Assembly: GCA_012270975.1 (NCBI GenBank)
Contig: JAAXHH010000141.1
Location: 122,335 to 186,334, forward strand
Direction: 5' to 3'
Length of the DNA: 64,000 bases
Source: Candidatus Latescibacterota bacterium
GTDB lineage: Bacteria; JAAXHH01
The translations under genes and the position numbers were made by a program. A model generated the notes under the pieces. The model saw nothing but the letters and a program-made list of their open reading frames with translations. It searched no databases and was not told where the DNA came from. Numbering within the stretch: position 1 is the stretch's first letter; every line of letters starts with the position of its first letter. Shown piece after piece: positions 17,909-26,482 of this stretch.

Positions 17909-19288
17909 ATGACAGAAGCACTGAAACAGACTGCGGACACGCGCTACACCACGTTTTATGACGCTTACGACCGTATCCGGTCCCAGGATGCGCCGCTCTG
18001 GCTGCACCGGATCCGTTCGGACGCCATGAAAAACTTCCGGGAACTCGGCATGCCGGTCGCTCGCGAGGTTTCCTTTCCGCTCAGGGAAGACTGGATATAC
18101 ACCGATCTCCGGCAGATCGCGGACACGCCCTACCGGGTCGAGCCGGGCGGACCAGTGGAAACGGAGCTGGACGAGGACGCACTCGCGCCCTTCGAGTTCG
18201 GCCAAGACGACTGGCACCGGCTCGTTTTCGTGAACGGCGTGTATGCACCCGCGTTGTCGCGTGCGGCGGACCTGCCCCCGGGCGCCGTGGTAAGCAGCCT
18301 TGCCGATGCCCTTGCAGAGCATCCGGAGCTCGTTCATCCGCACCTCGCGCGCTATGCGGATTACGAAGGCACCGGACTGACGGCATTGAACACCGCCCTT
18401 TTTGAAAACGGGCTTTTCGTACACGTACCGCGCGGCGGGGACCTGGAAACCCCGGTGCACGTGCACTACGTCACCACAGGGCACGACGCGCCCTTGGCCA
18501 CGCAGCCGCGAACGCTCATCGCGGCGGCCGATGGGGCGGGTCTCAAGGTGGTCGAGAGTTATACCGGCATGACGGATCAGGCCTACCTGACCAATGCCGT
18601 AACGGAGATTTCCGTGGGACGGGACGGCCACGTGGAGCATTACCGGATCAACCGGGAAGGCGCCGGGGCATCCCATCTGTCCACCACCCAGCTCCACCTT
18701 GAGGGGAACGGCCGGATCTCCACCTTCAACATGAGCATGGGCGGCGCGTTGACCCGGAACGATACGAACGCCCGTCTCGCGGGCGAGCACGCGGTGGTGC
18801 GCATGAACGGATTGTACCTGGTCGCCGGCAACCAGCACGTGGACAACCACACCGCCATCGATCACGCCGTGCCGAACTGCGACAGCTACGAAGTGTACAA
18901 GGGCATACTGGAAGGCCGGTCCCGCGGCGTGTTCAACGGCAAGGTGTTCGTCCACCAGGACGCCCAGGAAACGGACGCCAAGCAGTTGAACAAGAACCTG
19001 ATGCTCTCGCCCGACGCGATGATACACACCAAGCCGCAGCTCGAGATCTACGCGGACCAGGTGAAATGTACCCACGGCGCCACCGTGGGGCAGCTCGACG
19101 AAGACCAGATCTTCTACCTTCGGACCCGCGGCCTGTCCCACGACAGCGCGTGCCACCTCCTCACGTACGGGTTCGCGGCGGACCTCATCCGGCGTCTCGG
19201 GATCGACGCCGTCAGATCCTCGCTGGATACGCTTTTCGAAACCACCATCCGGGATCTTTCGGTGGCCCGGGGCCATACGGGACGATAA
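17909..19288 (+). CDS. sufD: Fe-S cluster assembly protein SufD
   Basis: 459 aa with a SufB/SufD-family beta-helix C-terminal region. It is positioned between sufC and sufT. Confidence 0.85.
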   Translation: MTEALKQTADTRYTTFYDAYDRIRSQDAPLWLHRIRSDAMKNFRELGMPVAREVSFPLREDWIYTDLRQIADTPYRVEPGGPVETELDEDALAPFEFGQDDWHRLVFVNGVYAPALSRAADLPPGAVVSSLADALAEHPELVHPHLARYADYEGTGLTALNTALFENGLFVHVPRGGDLETPVHVHYVTTGHDAPLATQPRTLIAAADGAGLKVVESYTGMTDQAYLTNAVTEISVGRDGHVEHYRINREGAGASHLSTTQLHLEGNGRISTFNMSMGGALTRNDTNARLAGEHAVVRMNGLYLVAGNQHVDNHTAIDHAVPNCDSYEVYKGILEGRSRGVFNGKVFVHQDAQETDAKQLNKNLMLSPDAMIHTKPQLEIYADQVKCTHGATVGQLDEDQIFYLRTRGLSHDSACHLLTYGFAADLIRRLGIDAVRSSLDTLFETTIRDLSVARGHTGR

Positions 19289-19319
19289 CGGAATCATCCA
19301 CGCGCACAGGAGTTCAGGG

Positions 19320-19634
19320 ATGGATACGGATGCCGTAAAAGCGCAGATCGTGGACGTATTGAAGACGTGCTACGACCCCGAGATCCCGGTCAACATCTAC
19401 GAAATGGGACTCATCTACGAAATCGACGTTCAGCAGGACGGCATGACGAATATCAAGATGACGCTCACTTCGCCGAACTGCCCGGCTGCCCAATCGCTCC
19501 CCGCAGAGGTGGAGACCAAGGTGAAGGACATAGACGAAGTGTCGGACGCGCTCATCGAAATCGTCTGGGAGCCGCCCTGGCATATCGACATGATGACCGA
19601 AGACGCCAAGCTCGAGCTCGGCATAGACTACTGA
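19320..19634 (+). CDS. sufT: SufT / DUF59 (MIP18 family) Fe-S assembly accessory protein
   Basis: 104 aa. It has the motifs VLKTCYDPEIPVNIYEMGLIY and TLTSPNCPAAQ, typical of DUF59 proteins in suf operons. Confidence 0.8.
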   Translation: MDTDAVKAQIVDVLKTCYDPEIPVNIYEMGLIYEIDVQQDGMTNIKMTLTSPNCPAAQSLPAEVETKVKDIDEVSDALIEIVWEPPWHIDMMTEDAKLELGIDY

Positions 19635-19667
19635 TCGCATACGGTTACCGCATACGGATAAGAGATT

Positions 19668-20948
19668 ATGGAAGAAACACTGGTTGAGGCCCCACGCAAA
19701 CTGGATGACGCGGTCCGCTTATCCGACCGACACGCCCTGCGTTACCGCGGCGATTTTCCCATCCTGGACCGGAAGGTCCACGGCAAGCCGCTGGTCTACC
19801 TGGATAACAGCGCCACGTCGCAGAAACCCCGGGTCGTGCTCGACGCCCTGGACGATTACTATACGCGGATGAACGCCAACGTGCACCGGGGACTTCACAC
19901 GCTGAGCGAAGAGGCGACCAACGCCTACGAAGACGCCCGCGAACGGGTGGCCCGCTTCGTCAACTCGCCGGCCAGGAACCTGATTTTCGTACGCAATACC
20001 ACAGAGGGCATCAACCTGGTGGCCAGCGCCTGGGGCCGGAAAAACGTCAAGGCGGGCGACGAAATCCTGCTGTCCGTCATGGAGCACCACAGCAACATCG
20101 TGCCCTGGCAGATGCTCGCGCGGGAGACCGGGGCGGTGCTCCGGTATTTCGACATACGAGAAGACGGTTCCCTCGATCTGGACCAGGCGGACCAGTTGAT
20201 CACGGAGAAGACGCGCATCGTGTCCATCGCGCACATGTCGAACGTGCTGGGTACCGTCAACTCCATCGAAGCCATCGTGGATCGGGCCCGCGACGCCGGC
20301 GCTCTGGTCTTCGTGGACGCCGCGCAAAGCGTACCGCACATGCCGGTGGACGTAGCGCGGCTGGGGTGCGACTTCCTGACCTTTTCCGGCCACAAGATGT
20401 GCGGTCCGACCGGCATCGGCGGACTGTACGGCCGGGAAGAACTGTTGGAAGCGATGGATCCCTACATGGGGGGCGGATCGATGATCGACGAAGTCCGGCT
20501 CGATGGGTTCTCCTGCGCGGACGTCCCGGAGAAATTCGAGGCGGGCACTCCCAATATCGCCCACGCCATCGTATTCGGAGTCGTGGTGGACTACCTCTCC
20601 GACATTGGCATGGAGCAGATCCACACCCACGAAAGGGCGCTGACGGACTACACGATCGGGCGGCTCGAGGAAATCGACGGCCTGACGGTCTACGGCCACG
20701 CGCCGGGCCGGGGCGGCGCCGTTTCCTTCAACCTGGACAACATGCACCCCAGCGACCTGTCCACCGTGCTGGACCGCCAGGGTGTCGCCATCCGCGCGGG
20801 CCACCACTGCGCGCAACCCCTGATGCGCCGGCTCGGTACGCCCTACGGCGCCACGGCGCGGGCAAGTGTCTACTTCTACAACACCTCCGAAGAGATCGAT
20901 ATCATGATCGCCGCCATTCACAAGGCGCGGCATCTCTTCGGCGCTTGA
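19668..20948 (+). CDS. sufS: Cysteine desulfurase SufS (class V aminotransferase, group II)
   Basis: 426 aa with SATSQKP, the PLP-Lys motif FSGHKMCGPTGIGGLYG and the active-site loop RAGHHCAQP. Confidence 0.95.
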   Translation: MEETLVEAPRKLDDAVRLSDRHALRYRGDFPILDRKVHGKPLVYLDNSATSQKPRVVLDALDDYYTRMNANVHRGLHTLSEEATNAYEDARERVARFVNSPARNLIFVRNTTEGINLVASAWGRKNVKAGDEILLSVMEHHSNIVPWQMLARETGAVLRYFDIREDGSLDLDQADQLITEKTRIVSIAHMSNVLGTVNSIEAIVDRARDAGALVFVDAAQSVPHMPVDVARLGCDFLTFSGHKMCGPTGIGGLYGREELLEAMDPYMGGGSMIDEVRLDGFSCADVPEKFEAGTPNIAHAIVFGVVVDYLSDIGMEQIHTHERALTDYTIGRLEEIDGLTVYGHAPGRGGAVSFNLDNMHPSDLSTVLDRQGVAIRAGHHCAQPLMRRLGTPYGATARASVYFYNTSEEIDIMIAAIHKARHLFGA

Positions 20949-20957
20949 GGCGTTTGG

Positions 20958-21050
20958 CGGTCCGACGTGCTGAGACCAGCCAATCCGACGTACTGAATCC
21001 TGCCAATCCGACGCGTTGCGTTCCGCAGTCCAACGCGCTGAGACCGGTCC
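20958..21050 (+). repeat. Four degenerate tandem repeats of about 22 bp (core CCAATCCGACGYRCTGARWCC) downstream of sufS
   Basis: cggtccgacgtgctgagaccag / ccaatccgacgtactgaatcctg / ccaatccgacgcgttgcgttccgcag / tccaacgcgctgagaccggtcc. The tract is intergenic, between the sufS stop and the 3' end of the convergent PhyH gene. Confidence 0.6.
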
Positions 21051-21102
21051 ATCCCGTCTCTGGCCCCCGCCGAATCTGTTCCCCGGTCTGCTGCGGGACC
21101 GA

Positions 21103-22080
21103 TCAACGCGATACCATGACGCCCTTCACGGTCGATGTGGGCATGTCGCCCATCATGCGCGCCGGCCGCATGCCCCCGGCCGTATCCCGGGGGTTGAGCG
21201 CGTCGCATGGGGTGCCGAACTTCGGCATGGCGTAGGGCAGGTGGGAGTTGCCCCGGGCCAGGATGTGGAGGTTATTCGCGGTCGGCCCGTCGAAATCGGC
21301 GCCATGGTTCCACGGGACCCAGGACCGCGCGTTGCAATAGTGGCCTACGAACGCCCGCCGGAATCGCGATCCTGTACGGTTCGCGTGCGACCGGTGCAGG
21401 AGATGGCCGTGAATGAACAGGACGTCGCCCGGCGCCATGCGGGCGGCCACCTCCCGTTCAGGATATTTCGCAGCGATCGGAGCCAGCCCGTTCAGGGATT
21501 CGTCCGTCGCGCTGGCCCCTTCGATTACGCCGAGGTCCTCGATGGATCCGTCGGTGTGGTTCTGCCCCAGTTTGTGCTCGTCAGGATAGATCGGTTCGTG
21601 GTGTGATCCCGGAATGACCATCACGCAGCCGTTGTCTTCATCCGCGGGGTCCACGGCCAGCCACGAACCGATCAGCGTATCGGGATAGGTTGGAATGTAG
21701 TACGAATCCTGGTGAAATCCCTGGCCTTCACGCCCGGGCGGCTTCAGAAAAAGCATGGTCTGGAGCGCCAGCACGTCCGGACCGGCCAGGGCTTCCAGCA
21801 CGTCCAGAATCCGGGGTTGCAGCAGGAACTTTTCGTGCAGTTCATGCTTCCGGTGGAGCATGTGTATGCGCAGCCAGTGCTGCCCCATCTGTTCGGAAGT
21901 CAGTCCTGGCGGCGGCGGTTCGACACCGTCGATGACAATCCGGCCGCTCATCAGTTCCTCGGTATGGCGGCGTATTTCTTCCACCTCGGCGTCAGGCACG
22001 AGCCGCCGGACGACCAGGTAGCCGTCCCTGTGATAGTCAATGTAGTCCTTGACCCCGATTTGGTATCGGTCTGTCGGCAT
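21103..22080 (-). CDS. Phytanoyl-CoA dioxygenase (PhyH) family Fe(II)/2OG oxygenase
   Basis: 325 aa. It has HQDSYY, the HxD...H facial triad region (VMVIPGSHH...HGHLLHRSHAN) and RxS. Confidence 0.75.
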   Translation of the reverse strand: MPTDRYQIGVKDYIDYHRDGYLVVRRLVPDAEVEEIRRHTEELMSGRIVIDGVEPPPPGLTSEQMGQHWLRIHMLHRKHELHEKFLLQPRILDVLEALAGPDVLALQTMLFLKPPGREGQGFHQDSYYIPTYPDTLIGSWLAVDPADEDNGCVMVIPGSHHEPIYPDEHKLGQNHTDGSIEDLGVIEGASATDESLNGLAPIAAKYPEREVAARMAPGDVLFIHGHLLHRSHANRTGSRFRRAFVGHYCNARSWVPWNHGADFDGPTANNLHILARGNSHLPYAMPKFGTPCDALNPRDTAGGMRPARMMGDMPTSTVKGVMVSR

Positions 22081-22301
22081 GGTTATCTCCTTGAATCGCT
22101 GGATACAGGACAGAGCATTTCATACGGACTCGTAATTCCAATTTATACGATTCTGGTTGAAAAGAGGTTGAAAAATCTTGACTGGATGATTAAATACGTT
22201 ATTCATGCGGAATAATGCACTGTAACGTTTATTGTTGTTGTTTCTAAGAACTTACACTATGTTATGGAAAATTCGATCCGATCCCCGGGTTCTGCGAATA
22301 C

Positions 22302-23093
22302 ATGAATCCAAATCACATCGGCGCCGAAGCAGTTGAGTTCTTCCAGGAGAATGGCTATCTCCAGATACCGGGATTCTTCTCAAGGGAAGAAATGTCGGAG
22401 CTGGGAGATGCGCTGGACAAGACGGTAGCCGACAAGAGAGAACGTATACTGGGCGGTGGGCGCGAGACAGACGACGACTACAACCGCGTCTTCAACCAGA
22501 TGGTAAATCTGTGGGTGGACTACGAAGTCATCCGCAAGTATTCCTTCGATGCGAGACTGGCGGAAATCGCCCGGAAAGTATCGGACTGCAGACGTCTGGT
22601 TATATACCATGACCATGGGTTGATCAAGCCGGGTGGTGAGCTGAGCAAGGCGACCAACTGGCACCAGGACGCGCCGTACTGGCCTATGGAACAGGTAGGC
22701 GCTTTGTCGGCCTGGATCGCCGTGGACGACGTAACGGTGGACAACGGCTGCATGCAGTTCATCCCGGGATCGCACAGGTTCGGCCGGCTGGAGCCTGTAC
22801 CATTGAGCACCGAAGGCGCGAGCGTACTGAAGGACCTCGAAGGTACGGACATCGAAGTCGAAGTCGAGCCCGTCGTGATGGAAATGGAAGCGGGCGGCGT
22901 TACCTTTCATCACGGATGTACGTTCCACTACGCTACGCCGAATCGTACTGCTTCGCCTCGGAGAGCCCTGGCCATCATCTACATACCGGAGTATGTCAAT
23001 TACAACGGCCGATGGGACGCGGGCGGCGACCAGAGTTTGAAACCGGGCGAGCCCTTTGGAGGACCGTTGCATCCTATTCTCGCTTCGGGTTGA
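22302..23093 (+). CDS. Phytanoyl-CoA dioxygenase (PhyH) family Fe(II)/2OG oxygenase, divergent from the neighbouring paralog
   Basis: 263 aa. It has WHQDAPYWP, MQFIPGSHRFG and TFHHGCTFHYATPNRT. Confidence 0.75.
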   Translation: MNPNHIGAEAVEFFQENGYLQIPGFFSREEMSELGDALDKTVADKRERILGGGRETDDDYNRVFNQMVNLWVDYEVIRKYSFDARLAEIARKVSDCRRLVIYHDHGLIKPGGELSKATNWHQDAPYWPMEQVGALSAWIAVDDVTVDNGCMQFIPGSHRFGRLEPVPLSTEGASVLKDLEGTDIEVEVEPVVMEMEAGGVTFHHGCTFHYATPNRTASPRRALAIIYIPEYVNYNGRWDAGGDQSLKPGEPFGGPLHPILASG

Positions 23094-23190
23094 GACGGCA
23101 GGTGCATGCTGAGACTGACTGGTGCGCTGAACCGGGCCCGAGCCGGTCGCGCATCGCGGGTTGGACCAATGGAGTAAACAAAGCTGATTT

Positions 23191-23210
23191 TGCCGGAAAC
23201 GGCAGTTTTA
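23191..23210 (+). terminator. Small hairpin plus U-tract (tgccg-gaaa-cggca-gtttta), a possible weak terminator or leader hairpin
   Basis: A 5-bp stem with a GAAA tetraloop followed by GTTTTA. It lies 100 nt after the PhyH stop and 25 nt before the STAS gene. Confidence 0.25.
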
Positions 23211-23235
23211 TAAACCTGTAAAGGGGGTTGGTTTC

Positions 23236-23574
23236 ATGGAGATCAGTGTCGACCGAGCAAATGAAGTACTGATTGCGAAGGTTGAAGGTCGAATTGACGG
23301 CGCCAACGCACGGGAATTCGAAGATGCGCTCAACGGCGCCATCGCGGAAGACGACAGCAAGGTGCTGCTTGACTTCGGTGCGTTGTCCTATATTAGCAGC
23401 GCCGGCCTGAGGGTTATCCTGCTGATCGCAAGATTGCTTCAGAAGCGAAATGCCGCGTTCGCGCTGTGTTCGCTGTCGGACCCGATTCGGGAAGTCTTCG
23501 AAATCAGCGGGTTCGACAAGATCATTTCCATCCACTCTACCCAGGCGGAAGCCGTGGAGAAGATCGGCCAGTAA
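23236..23574 (+). CDS. STAS-domain anti-sigma-factor antagonist (SpoIIAA/RsbV-like)
   Basis: 112 aa. The conserved phosphorylatable region is LDFGALSYISSAGLRVIL. Confidence 0.85.
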   Translation: MEISVDRANEVLIAKVEGRIDGANAREFEDALNGAIAEDDSKVLLDFGALSYISSAGLRVILLIARLLQKRNAAFALCSLSDPIREVFEISGFDKIISIHSTQAEAVEKIGQ

Positions 23575-23667
23575 GCGACCTTCGTGCCGACCGCTTCATA
23601 GCGTACTGTCCATTCGACGCACCTGCGTGCCGGTCGTCGAAGGAACTCGCCGGATTTCAGAGGTGAA

Positions 23668-24837
23668 ATGACGCAGACACAAACACAGAAACCGTATAAG
23701 CTTCTTATCGTGGACGACGAGCCGGACCTCGAACACCTCATGCGGCAGCGGATGCGCCGGGATGTGCGCTCCGGTATCTATACGCTTTATTTCGCCCAGA
23801 ACGGCGTGGAGGCCCTGGAGCGTCTGAACGAGGTCCCCGACATCGACATGGTCCTTTCGGATATCAACATGCCCCGGATGGACGGCCTCACCCTGCTGGC
23901 GCAGATACCGAACATAGCCCCCGACATCCGCGCCGTGGTGGTTTCCGCCTATGGGGACATGAAGAACATCAGGACGGCCATGAACCGCGGCGCCTTCGAT
24001 TTCGTTACCAAGCCCATCGATTTCCAGGATCTCCGGGTCACCATCGAACGCACCCTGAAGAACATGGAGCAATGGCGCGAAGCCCTGGAATCCCGGGACA
24101 AGCTGGTCAGGCTTCAGAATGAACTGAACGTGGCCAGCCAGATGCAGCAATCCATCCTGCCCACCGAGTTTCCCGATTCCGACCGCTGCCAGATCCACGC
24201 GAACATGGAACCCGCCCGGGAGGTCGGGGGTGACTTCTTCGATGTTTTTCCCCTGCCCGGCGGACAGATCGGCCTGGCGATCGCCGACGTATCCGACAAG
24301 GGCGTGCCGGCCGCGCTGTTCATGATGTCGAGCCGAACCCTGCTGAAGGGATCCGCCATCGGCGCCATGGCGCCGGGAGCGGTTTTGAAAGAAGTCAACA
24401 ATCTCCTTACTGAAGAGAACGAAGCGGCCATGTTCGTCACGACCTTCTACGCGGTCTACACCCCCGAGACCGGCCAGGTGGCCTACGCCAACGGAGGGCA
24501 TAACCCCCCGCTGGTGGTTCATCCGGACGGAAGTTCGACGTTGCTCCCCGGAACCGACGGCGTTGCGCTTGGCGTATTTCCCGGTATCGATTTCGATCAG
24601 TCGGCCGTCGAGCTTTCTGCAGGCGACCTCCTCGTACTTTACACCGACGGCGTTACGGAAGCGATGAATGCCGACGGGGAGGAATTCGGCATGGAACGCC
24701 TGCAGAGCGTATTCTCGGAATCCCGCCCCGAGACCACCGAGGCTGCGAACAAGGCCGTATTCAAGGCGGTTCACGACTTCGCCGGCGAGACGCCGCAGTC
24801 CGACGACATTACCTGTGTCACCGTCCTGCAGCGCTAG
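23668..24837 (+). CDS. Response regulator receiver fused to a PP2C-type (SpoIIE/RsbU family) serine phosphatase
   Basis: 389 aa. The REC domain (LLIVDDEPD...DMVLSDINMPRMDG...KP) precedes a PP2C domain (GGDFFDV...LAIADVSDKG...LYTDGVTEA). Confidence 0.85.
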   Translation: MTQTQTQKPYKLLIVDDEPDLEHLMRQRMRRDVRSGIYTLYFAQNGVEALERLNEVPDIDMVLSDINMPRMDGLTLLAQIPNIAPDIRAVVVSAYGDMKNIRTAMNRGAFDFVTKPIDFQDLRVTIERTLKNMEQWREALESRDKLVRLQNELNVASQMQQSILPTEFPDSDRCQIHANMEPAREVGGDFFDVFPLPGGQIGLAIADVSDKGVPAALFMMSSRTLLKGSAIGAMAPGAVLKEVNNLLTEENEAAMFVTTFYAVYTPETGQVAYANGGHNPPLVVHPDGSSTLLPGTDGVALGVFPGIDFDQSAVELSAGDLLVLYTDGVTEAMNADGEEFGMERLQSVFSESRPETTEAANKAVFKAVHDFAGETPQSDDITCVTVLQR

Positions 24838-24845
24838 AGATATCC

Positions 24846-25271
24846 ATGAGCAGAAGACTGTCCCTCAGCCTGCCTACAAAGCTCGACCAGCTGGAGCGTA
24901 TCTACGAGGCCGTGGATGATCTCGGCGAGTCCGAGGAATGGCCGCCGGGCATGGTGTACCAGGTCAAGCTGGTCCTCGAGGAACTGGGCGTCAATATCGT
25001 TACCCATGGCCATGGCAACGATCCGGATCATGAATTCGAGATCGTGCTGGACTCGGATACCGACGCGCTGACGATCGAGTTGCGGGACGAAGGGCAGGCA
25101 TTCAACCCCCTTACAGACTCCGCGGAACCGGATATCGAGTCCGGGCTCGACGATCGCCCGGTCGGCGGCCTGGGCATCTACCTGGTGCGAACCATGATGG
25201 ATGAACTGAGTTGCCGCCGGGAAGACAACAAGAACATCCTGACGATCGTCAAGCGGAAGGATAGTGAATGA
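24846..25271 (+). CDS. Anti-sigma regulatory factor / serine-protein kinase (RsbW/SpoIIAB-like GHKL ATPase)
   Basis: 141 aa, HATPase_c_2-like (ELGVNIVTHG...DEGQAFNP...GGLGIYLV). Its stop overlaps the start of the next gene (ATGA). Confidence 0.75.
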   Translation: MSRRLSLSLPTKLDQLERIYEAVDDLGESEEWPPGMVYQVKLVLEELGVNIVTHGHGNDPDHEFEIVLDSDTDALTIELRDEGQAFNPLTDSAEPDIESGLDDRPVGGLGIYLVRTMMDELSCRREDNKNILTIVKRKDSE

Positions 25272-26482
25272 GACGAACGCGCGACCACTGGGCAGTCGCC
25301 ATGCTACTCGCCCTAAGTGCGACGGCGTTCTCTCCCGCTCTACCTCTCGAATACGGCGGCGCGAACGCCTCCCAGGTTGAAGAGCCCGGTGTGTCCGGCG
25401 AACGCATCTTGTTCGGACAGTCCGCTGCCTTCAGCGGTCCGGCCCGGGAACTCGGCCGGAACATGAACCTCGGCATCGAGGCGGCCTTTAGCGAGGCCAA
25501 CCGCCGGGGCGGCGTGCACGGGCGAAGGCTTGAGCTGATTACCCTCGACGACGCCTATGAGCCGGAAGCCGCCATCGCGAATACCCGGAAGCTGATCGAG
25601 GACGAAGGCGTGTTCGCGCTCATCGGCGCGGTCGGCACGCCCACGTCCCGTTCCGCCGTTCCCATCGCATCGCAGGCGGGCGTACCTTATATCGCTCCCT
25701 TTACCGGTGCGATTTTCTTGCGGGACGACGCGGAAACCGGCGTAATCAACCTGCGCGCCTCCTACTACCAGGAAACCGAGGAAATCGTCGACCGGCTTTC
25801 GCGCGATCTCGACATCACGCGCATCGCCGTTATGTATCAGAACGATTCTTTCGGACGGGTAGGCTACCGGGGCGTGAGGCTTGCACTGGAACGCAGGGGC
25901 CTGGATCCGGTGGCGATCGGCGTGTATCCGAGAAACACGACGGCGATCAAGGCCGGCCTGCTCGATCTGCAACGTGGAAAACCGGACGCCGTTGTCGTCA
26001 TCGGCGCTTACCAGCCGGTTGCGACGCTCATATCATGGGCGCGGCGGGTGGGTTTCAATCCGGTCTTCGCTACGATTTCCTTCGTTGGCAGCAATGCCCT
26101 GGCCGGTGAACTGGGACCCAACGGGCGCGGCGTCCTGGTTTCGCAGGTCGTCCCCTTCCCCTCGGCCGGCAATATAGCCATCGCCGTTCAGTACCGCAGG
26201 GCGCTTTCAGCACATAGACGGAACGCGGCGCCCGGATTCGTCTCATTCGAAGGATACCTGGCCGGCCGGCTGGTGATCACCGCCCTTGAGGGTTGCGGAC
26301 CGGACGTAAAGCGGACCTGTCTCATGGAAAGTCTGAACCGGGCGGGCACCATCGATATGGGCGGTCTGCGCCTCGAATTCGGCGAGGGCGACAACCAGGG
26401 TTCCGACGCGGTCTTTCTCACGGTGATCGGGACGGACGGACGGTATCATCCCATCAACACCCTTCGGGACGTGATGCCATGA
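25268..26482 (+). CDS. Periplasmic substrate-binding protein, LivJ/branched-chain-amino-acid-binding (type I PBP) family, with signal peptide
   Basis: 404 aa. Signal peptide AVAMLLALSATAFS, then ILFGQSAAFSGPARELG...DDAYEP...GAVGTP. There is no adjacent ABC permease or ATPase. The stop overlaps the kinase start. Confidence 0.8.
   Translation: MRRTRDHWAVAMLLALSATAFSPALPLEYGGANASQVEEPGVSGERILFGQSAAFSGPARELGRNMNLGIEAAFSEANRRGGVHGRRLELITLDDAYEPEAAIANTRKLIEDEGVFALIGAVGTPTSRSAVPIASQAGVPYIAPFTGAIFLRDDAETGVINLRASYYQETEEIVDRLSRDLDITRIAVMYQNDSFGRVGYRGVRLALERRGLDPVAIGVYPRNTTAIKAGLLDLQRGKPDAVVVIGAYQPVATLISWARRVGFNPVFATISFVGSNALAGELGPNGRGVLVSQVVPFPSAGNIAIAVQYRRALSAHRRNAAPGFVSFEGYLAGRLVITALEGCGPDVKRTCLMESLNRAGTIDMGGLRLEFGEGDNQGSDAVFLTVIGTDGRYHPINTLRDVMP

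Noticed and set aside
23582-23642. Interrupted inverted repeat (CCTTCG…CGACCG // CGGTCG…CGAAGG) between the STAS and receiver-PP2C genes as an attenuator.
   Set aside because: Complementarity is imperfect with a ~40-nt loop. It could be an RNA structure but the evidence is marginal. It is mentioned only in passing and not called as a feature.
26293-26478. Upstream extension of the histidine kinase ORF (track start 26293). The same pattern occurs for 36232 (ATP-grasp), 38600 (transglutaminase-like), 39366 (hydrolase), 59737 (GAF-PP2C), 57904 (dksA-like), 47218 (TolC-like), 61732 (Gfo) and 5366 (GADH subunit).
   Set aside because: The extensions overlap the 3' ends of well-supported upstream genes in another frame. 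An internal start with an RBS and/or an ATGA/TGAATG coupling gives a protein matching family N-termini.
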